A DNA stretch of 64,000 nucleotides, from positions 1,184,001-1,248,000 of the forward strand of contig CBDFGR010000002.1 of the NCBI GenBank assembly GCA_965247115.1, read 5' to 3'. Origin of the DNA: Myxococcota bacterium. GTDB taxonomy: Bacteria; Myxococcota_A; UBA9160; SZUA-336. The position numbers were made by a program, and so were the translations under genes. The number at the start of each line of letters is the position of its first letter. Positions within the stretch are counted from its first letter, which is position 1. The notes beneath the pieces were generated by a model. It saw only the letters and a list, made by a program, of their open reading frames with translations. It was not told the DNA's origin and searched no databases. Shown piece after piece: positions 58,386 to 64,000 of the stretch.

Positions 58386-59245
58386 GGCTGTGCTCCTCGC
58401 CCAACCCCGTAGTACGTTGCCACAGCACCCGCAATGGAGTCGGCCAGTGCGTGCTGAGTGTCGCGCTGGCCAAGCCTCCGCTCCTCGGCCGGATGCGTCA
58501 AGAACCCGAGCTCGATCAGGGCGGCTGGCATATTCACTCCGACGAGCACCACGAACGGGGCCTGCTTCACGCCTCGGCTCACCCCGGAGGGCGCCAGGCG
58601 GCGCTGAACCGCGGCTGCGATCTCGCCGGACACCCGGAGGTGCTCGGTACGGATCAGGTCCCCCAGGATCGACCCGACCAGGTAGCTGTCGTCTGGCGAG
58701 GTCCCCACCTGTCGAAAGACCTGGTTCTCGATCATCGCCACTCGCATGGCCTCCGTGTCACTCGCCTCGATCGAGAGAAAGTAGGTCTCTGGACCCTCGA
58801 CTTTCGCGCTCGCTGCTGAGTTGGCGTGGATGGACAGGAACAGCTCACCGCTGGCTCGGTTGGCGATCTCTGTCCGTTCCGGCAGCGAGACGAACTCGTC
58901 GCGATGGCGCGTGAAGACGACGCGGAAGCCCAACCGGGCGAGCTGCTTGCCAATACGTCTCGCGACCTGCAGCACCACGTCCTTCTCCAATACGCCCGCC
59001 TCACCGCGCGCACCGAAGTCCGCGCCGCCGTGGCCGGGGTCGATCACTACGACGGGTCGTCGCTTGGTGTTCGCGAGCCCGACCGAGACGCCGGCAACCG
59101 TGGCCGCGAGCGACAATAACGCAGCGAGCACAACCCACTGGACTCGGCCGGGCACCCGAACGCCGTGCCGCCACGGCACGTTAGCGCCTTTGCCGACGGC
59201 CACGTCCGCTCGTCGTGTCGTCCACTTCCCCCCCTCCTCGGTCAC
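58382..59245 (-). CDS. N-acetylmuramoyl-L-alanine amidase (Amidase_3)
   Basis: VIDPGHGG, EKDVVL, LSIHANS, ALIELGFL; start uncertain. Confidence 0.92.
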   Translation of the reverse strand: MTEEGGKWTTRRADVAVGKGANVPWRHGVRVPGRVQWVVLAALLSLAATVAGVSVGLANTKRRPVVVIDPGHGGADFGARGEAGVLEKDVVLQVARRIGKQLARLGFRVVFTRHRDEFVSLPERTEIANRASGELFLSIHANSAASAKVEGPETYFLSIEASDTEAMRVAMIENQVFRQVGTSPDDSYLVGSILGDLIRTEHLRVSGEIAAAVQRRLAPSGVSRGVKQAPFVVLVGVNMPAALIELGFLTHPAEERRLGQRDTQHALADSIAGAVATYYGVGRGAQP

Positions 59246-59316
59246 CGTAGCAGCCTCCCCCGCGATCCTCTAGCTTGAGATATTCGGCCTTGGTTTCCTT
59301 CTCTGGCGAGACGTTC

Positions 59317-60660
59317 ATGGTCGCAAGAAGCGTCGAAAGGAAGGTGCGGATCTTACGCGCCGTGATCCGCGATCAGCCCGGACACCTGGGTACCATCGCC
59401 AAGCTGATCGGTGACGTCGGCGCCAGCATCGGCGACATCGTCAAGGTCCGAGCTGCGGGCGAGTACAACGTGCGCGAGATCGAGATCACCTACGACGACG
59501 AGCGACAGCTCGAGGCTCTGCAGCGAGAAATTGGGCGCACGGACGGGATCTCGCTCGAGCAGATCTTCGACCCGGTCCTCGAAGCCCACCGCGGAGGCAA
59601 GATCCGCATGCGCAGCACCGTCACGGTCGAGCGCATCGGCGATCTGCGCAAGATCTACACACCGGGCGTTGCCACGACCTGTCTCGAGATTCAAGCAAGC
59701 CCGGACACGGTCTACGACTACACCTCGCTCGGGCACACTGTCGGGATCGTGACGAACGGGACCGCGATCCTGGGCCTGGGGAACATCGGCGTGCACGCGG
59801 GGCTCCCGGTGATGGAAGGCAAGGCGGTCCTGCTGGACAAGCTGGTAGGCCTCTCGGGCGTCCCGATCTTGATCCCGACCCGCGACACCCGGACCTTCAT
59901 CGATACCGTGATCCAGATCTCGCCGTCCTTCGGCGCGATCAACCTGGAGGACATCGCGGCGCCGGAATGCTTCGAGATCGAGCAGCGTTTGAGCGCGGAG
60001 CTGCCTATTCCCGTGATGCACGACGACCAGCACGGCACCGGGGTGGTGGTACTGGCGGCGCTGCAGAACGCCATGCGCGCCATCGACGCGCGGCTCGACC
60101 TGATGCTGGTCGGGATTGTAGGATTGGGGGCGGCAGGGATCGGGATCGCGAAGCTGCTCCGCGCATATGGCGTCAAAGGCCTGATGGGATCGGACATCAA
60201 CCCCGAGGCCGTGCGCCGCTTCGAGGCTCTCGGCGGCGAGGGGGCCGGGCTCGACCGCGTTCTGCAGGAGAGCCAGGTCGTGATCGCAACCAGCGGCAAG
60301 CCCAACCTGATCGCGCCCGAACAGGTTCGACCCGACCAGATCATCCTGGCTCTCTCGAACCCGAATCCCGAGATCCGGCCCGAGCGGGCCCGGGAGGCCG
60401 GGGCGCGCTTTGCTGCCGACGGGCGCAGCGTGAACAACGCGCTCGGCTTCCCCGGCATCTTTCGGGGGGCTCTGCAGGCTCGGGCCCGCCGCATCAACGA
60501 CGCCATGAAGATCGCCGCCGCAGAGGCGATCGCCGAGTTCGCGGAGCCCGGGGAGCTCGTTCCGGACCTGCTCGACACCGACGTGCACCACGCGGTCGCA
60601 GAAGCCGTCGAGAACGCGGCTCGCGAGTCTGGCGCCACGTCCGTGAGCGAGGCGACGTGA
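59317..60660 (+). CDS. NAD-dependent malic enzyme with an N-terminal ACT domain
   Basis: YTPGVA, TNGTAILGLG, PVMEGK, NLEDI, HDDQHGT, NNALGFPGIFRG. Confidence 0.93.
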   Translation: MVARSVERKVRILRAVIRDQPGHLGTIAKLIGDVGASIGDIVKVRAAGEYNVREIEITYDDERQLEALQREIGRTDGISLEQIFDPVLEAHRGGKIRMRSTVTVERIGDLRKIYTPGVATTCLEIQASPDTVYDYTSLGHTVGIVTNGTAILGLGNIGVHAGLPVMEGKAVLLDKLVGLSGVPILIPTRDTRTFIDTVIQISPSFGAINLEDIAAPECFEIEQRLSAELPIPVMHDDQHGTGVVVLAALQNAMRAIDARLDLMLVGIVGLGAAGIGIAKLLRAYGVKGLMGSDINPEAVRRFEALGGEGAGLDRVLQESQVVIATSGKPNLIAPEQVRPDQIILALSNPNPEIRPERAREAGARFAADGRSVNNALGFPGIFRGALQARARRINDAMKIAAAEAIAEFAEPGELVPDLLDTDVHHAVAEAVENAARESGATSVSEAT

Positions 60661-61976
60661 TGCGCTCGCTGCTCTCTGTGCTGGCCAGCGTCTGCGCGCT
60701 CGGCGGCGCCGGACTCGCCGCTGCGGACGCCGCGGAGCGCCCCGATCTCACACTGTCCATCGCCTCGCCCACCAACGGCGCGGTCATCGGGGATCCGGGG
60801 GGCATGGCCTTCGTATCCGGAAAGGCGCTCGCCCTGTTCGGCGAGTTTCAGACCTTTGACATCGTCTTCGTGATCGACACCTCGGAGAGCACCTCGGCGC
60901 CGTCCGGAGCCGACGTCGATGGCGACGGCGAGATCGGCGAACGCCGCGGTGGGAGGTACCTCGGGATCTTCGGCAGGGTGCTTCCGCTTCCGACGAGCGA
61001 CAAGGGCGATAGCGTCCTGGCTGCAGAGGTCGCGGGCGTTCGCGTACTCCTCGACCAGCTCGACCCTCGCACCACGCGTGTGGGAATCGTCGCGTTCGGT
61101 GGAGACCAGGATCCGCTGACGCCCGATGCGTACACGGTGGTCCCGCTGACGACAGACTACCGCCGAGCGCGAAAGGGACTGGACGACATCATGAGCGAGG
61201 GTCCGCGCGGGATGACGAACATGGCCACCGCGGTGAACATGGCGGCAATCGAGCTCATGGGTACCCAGAGTGCGTACAGCGAGAGGCGGTTCGGCTCGAA
61301 GCGAATCATGATGTTCCTGACCGACGGGATCCCCACGCTCCCGATCGACAGCTCCAAGATGCAGAACGCGCGCATGGCGATCCAGCAGGCCGTCCGGGTG
61401 TCCAAGTATAAGATCCGGATCGACACGTTCGCGATCGGAGAGGATGCGCTGTCCGAGCCGGTCGTCGTAGTCGAGATGGCGCGCGTCACGAACGGGGTCT
61501 TCACTCCCGTCCGCAATCCTGGCGACCTCCGAGCGGTCTTCGAAGACGTCACCTTCGCCGAAATCGGGGACCTGCAGGTCCGGAACACGACGAACGGCAA
61601 GGTCGCGGACTATCTCAACAAGAACGCCGACGGTACGTTCTCCGCGCTGCTCCCGATGGAGGAGGGTGAGAACATGCTCGAGGTGTACGCTCGCTCGACG
61701 AACGACACGGAGGCGCGCCGATCAATCCGGGTCGTGTTCCTGCCCAACGCAGAGGTCCAGGAGCTCTCTCCTCGACTCGTGGCCCAGCGCAACCGGCTCC
61801 TGGAGAACCGGCTACTGGACCTGCAACGGCGCCGGCTCCAGATCGAGACCGAGCGCGACGACGACCTGCGCCAGGGGCTCTCCGTGGAGATCGAGAAGGA
61901 GCGCAAAGAGGCGAGCCAGCGAGCCGAGGATCAGCGCAAGCAGCTCGAGATCCGCGTCGAGGACCGCGACAACTAG
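60660..61976 (+). CDS. Secreted VWA domain protein
   Basis: Signal peptide, VFVIDTSEST MIDAS-like motif, FLTDG, C-terminal coiled coil. Confidence 0.85.
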   Translation: MRSLLSVLASVCALGGAGLAAADAAERPDLTLSIASPTNGAVIGDPGGMAFVSGKALALFGEFQTFDIVFVIDTSESTSAPSGADVDGDGEIGERRGGRYLGIFGRVLPLPTSDKGDSVLAAEVAGVRVLLDQLDPRTTRVGIVAFGGDQDPLTPDAYTVVPLTTDYRRARKGLDDIMSEGPRGMTNMATAVNMAAIELMGTQSAYSERRFGSKRIMMFLTDGIPTLPIDSSKMQNARMAIQQAVRVSKYKIRIDTFAIGEDALSEPVVVVEMARVTNGVFTPVRNPGDLRAVFEDVTFAEIGDLQVRNTTNGKVADYLNKNADGTFSALLPMEEGENMLEVYARSTNDTEARRSIRVVFLPNAEVQELSPRLVAQRNRLLENRLLDLQRRRLQIETERDDDLRQGLSVEIEKERKEASQRAEDQRKQLEIRVEDRDN

Positions 61977-61993
61977 AGTCCCGGCTGCGCCTG

Positions 61994-62524
61994 TCAGAGT
62001 CCGGGCTGCGCCCTTTGGGCCTCGCGCTTCGACTTGCGCAACACGGTGCGACGGTTCGTGGCGCGCTTCGCCATGAGCTTGCCACGCATCTTCACGTAGT
62101 TGTCCCACGCGCGCGGGCGCTTGTCCTGCATCCACTGCGTGAGGTCCTCGTACGTGTCGAAACGAGTCTTCCAGGCGTTCTCGGATGTCGTGACCTCACA
62201 CTCGTTCCAGGAGAAGTCCGAGCAGATCCGGGGCCGCTCCTCGTAGACACCGCAGGTGTGGGTATCGGTCAGGTGCTCACAAACGGTCTCGAACTCGATG
62301 AACCAGTCTCCCTCCCAGTCGATGTACACGCACACGTCCTTGTGGGTGAGGTACCAGTAGAGCTCGTCGTAATCCTTGAAGGAGCTCGGGTTATCGATCT
62401 CGATGGCGATGTAGTGGCAGCACTTCCCACACGCGCTGCAGGGGTGGGCCTTCGGTAGTTCGAGCATCGGCAGCTCGAGGGACGTCCCCTGGGCTTGCGG
62501 CATCTCTCCGTTCGGCTTGCTCAT
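61994..62524 (-). CDS. YkgJ family CxxCxxCC protein
   Basis: CSACGKCC...CEHL...CGVYEERPRIC. Confidence 0.9.
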   Translation of the reverse strand: MSKPNGEMPQAQGTSLELPMLELPKAHPCSACGKCCHYIAIEIDNPSSFKDYDELYWYLTHKDVCVYIDWEGDWFIEFETVCEHLTDTHTCGVYEERPRICSDFSWNECEVTTSENAWKTRFDTYEDLTQWMQDKRPRAWDNYVKMRGKLMAKRATNRRTVLRKSKREAQRAQPGL

Positions 62525-62550
62525 CGCTCCTCCGTGACAGATTCACGCAC

Positions 62551-63420
62551 TTAATAGCCCAGCTCGCGAGGATCCTCCCCTTCCGTCCGGGGTCGACCCC
62601 AGAACTGCAGGGGGATCTCGATCTTCTTGAACTCCTCGACTCTGGCCGCGCGCCATGCAGCCAGTGTGGCCCAGTAGCTCGACTCGTCGTGGACCGCCCG
62701 AATCCGCTCCTCGACGGTCAAGTACGCGATCTGCGCCGGGCTTTGGAGTACCGCACGCGTCTCGAGCCTACGGCCCAGCTCAGCGCCACTGCGCTGTTCG
62801 AGCGCGATCGCCGCGCGCAATGCGGGATCGGGCATATCCCGGGCCTTTTCCTCCAGGCGTCGCGCCAGCCAGGGCAGCATGATCTCCGTCCACGCCGGGT
62901 CATCCAGCAACCCGCGTGCGAGCTCTCCGGCATCGAGGTCCTCCAGCTGCAGCGCCCTGGCGCGCGCCAGGCGTTCCTCGCGCAGCACCCCCGCTCGCTC
63001 CACGCGCTTGTGGAGCCGATGCCGACGGAAGCGCGCCCGTAGCCGCTCGTAGCGCTCTGGCATCCGCTCGAGTGCGCTCCGCGCCGGGGGCACGAGAGAG
63101 GGATCGGGCTCGATCCCCAGGTAGCGGGCCTGCAGACGCTCCCAGGCGTGAGCATTGATCGCGATCCGGCCGTAGTGGAGAGCGACCCATTGCGCGGGAG
63201 CGCTGCGTTCCAGCAAGCCGAGCCGCTGCCACAGCTCGCGAAGTGTACGTTCGAGTGGACTCGAGAGGCGGGACCACATCGACGGAGTTGCGATCTCGTC
63301 CAGTGGGCTCCCGAGCGGAGCGCGGGTCTGCCCCGGATATACCGCGTCCGGAGCTGTCGTCCTGGGGTACGCAGGATCTTCGGACGTGCCGAGTTCCGGC
63401 GGGAGCGAGTCGAGCGACAT
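62551..63420 (-). CDS. Hypothetical protein resembling the central region of PEP-utilising/rifampin phosphotransferases
   Basis: YGRIAIN and ELGRRL...IAYLTVEE motifs; no phospho-His swivel domain. Confidence 0.55.
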   Translation of the reverse strand: MSLDSLPPELGTSEDPAYPRTTAPDAVYPGQTRAPLGSPLDEIATPSMWSRLSSPLERTLRELWQRLGLLERSAPAQWVALHYGRIAINAHAWERLQARYLGIEPDPSLVPPARSALERMPERYERLRARFRRHRLHKRVERAGVLREERLARARALQLEDLDAGELARGLLDDPAWTEIMLPWLARRLEEKARDMPDPALRAAIALEQRSGAELGRRLETRAVLQSPAQIAYLTVEERIRAVHDESSYWATLAAWRAARVEEFKKIEIPLQFWGRPRTEGEDPRELGY

Positions 63421-63477
63421 CCTTCGATTGTAGGATTCTCTCTGGGCTTGGCTAGAAGAAGAGCGGCTCGCGCGGCC

Positions 63478-64000
63478 TCACTCGGCCATGGTAACGACGA
63501 CCGGCCGCTGCTCGACCCGGAAGTGGGCGTTCTCGTCGAAAATCTCGATGGGCTCCCAGCCCGGGATCTCTGAGAGCGGCGTCATGCTATCCGTCACGAC
63601 CCCCGTCGGATCGAGCACGAAAGGATCCTCTCTGGATTCACCCTCGAACCAGAGCGTGACCATGTGATGCTGGCCACTGTTGCGCTCGACGACGATAGCG
63701 CGGTAGATCTCGTTCTTGCCGAAGCCGAGCTTTCGCAGCAGCTCGAACGTCAGCAGGTCCAGGCCGTCGCAGTCATCCCCGCCGCTCTCCACGACCTCAC
63801 TCAACGTGGCCCAGTGGTCGCGATCTCCGTCCGGCCGGTAGTGCGAGCGGCTGTTCTCCTGCACCCACTGAATCGTCCGAGACGCGACGTCTCGGCGCAG
63901 CTCTGTCGAGAAGACGTCGTACTCCGTACCGAGAGCTGAGGACGTCCGCGGATCCTCGCCGCGGCGCACCGGATCCAGGTGATGCCTTGCCTGCCAGTTC
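63478..64000 (-). CDS. Transglutaminase-like cysteine peptidase (LapG/BTLCP-like), 5' end outside the window
   Basis: DHWAT...GGDDCDG...HMVTLW...FVLDP, a Cys-His-Asp pattern. Confidence 0.75.
   Translation of the reverse strand, partial: NWQARHHLDPVRRGEDPRTSSALGTEYDVFSTELRRDVASRTIQWVQENSRSHYRPDGDRDHWATLSEVVESGGDDCDGLDLLTFELLRKLGFGKNEIYRAIVVERNSGQHHMVTLWFEGESREDPFVLDPTGVVTDSMTPLSEIPGWEPIEIFDENAHFRVEQRPVVVTMAE

Noticed and set aside
61975..62012. 17-bp near-direct repeat between convergent genes
   Set aside because: A small local duplication of the YkgJ gene end with no evidence of function.

Overview
High-GC bacterial window, probably Myxococcota or a related deltaproteobacterial lineage (inferred from the pilin type and gene content). 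Housekeeping genes (nadE, recQ, amtB, a Cus-type RND operon, rdgB-rph-amidase, malic enzyme) alternate with two patchwork accessory regions. The first lies around tRNA-Arg(TCT), about 12.4-24.8 kb. It holds a Rieske oxygenase, a pilin, a 52-bp inverted-repeat element, recombinase relics and a 239-bp duplication of a gene 3' end. The second lies downstream of tRNA-Pro(TGG), about 42-57 kb. It holds two 49-bp att copies inside an identical 323-bp direct repeat, arm-type sites, two integrase relics, an IS256-interrupted adenylate cyclase and a metal-uptake operon with no ATPase, preceded by a CxxC/RAPP leader. The strongest leads for new biology are: (i) a shared TGTGGGAA-N3-TTCCCACA palindrome linking the DUF6502/DUF5666 surface locus to the pilin gene; (ii) the RAPP-leader-controlled metal uptake cassette; (iii) the tandem tRNA-Pro island array with a domain-deleted integrase. 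All family calls come from motifs recognised by eye; no searches were run, and some start codons are uncertain.
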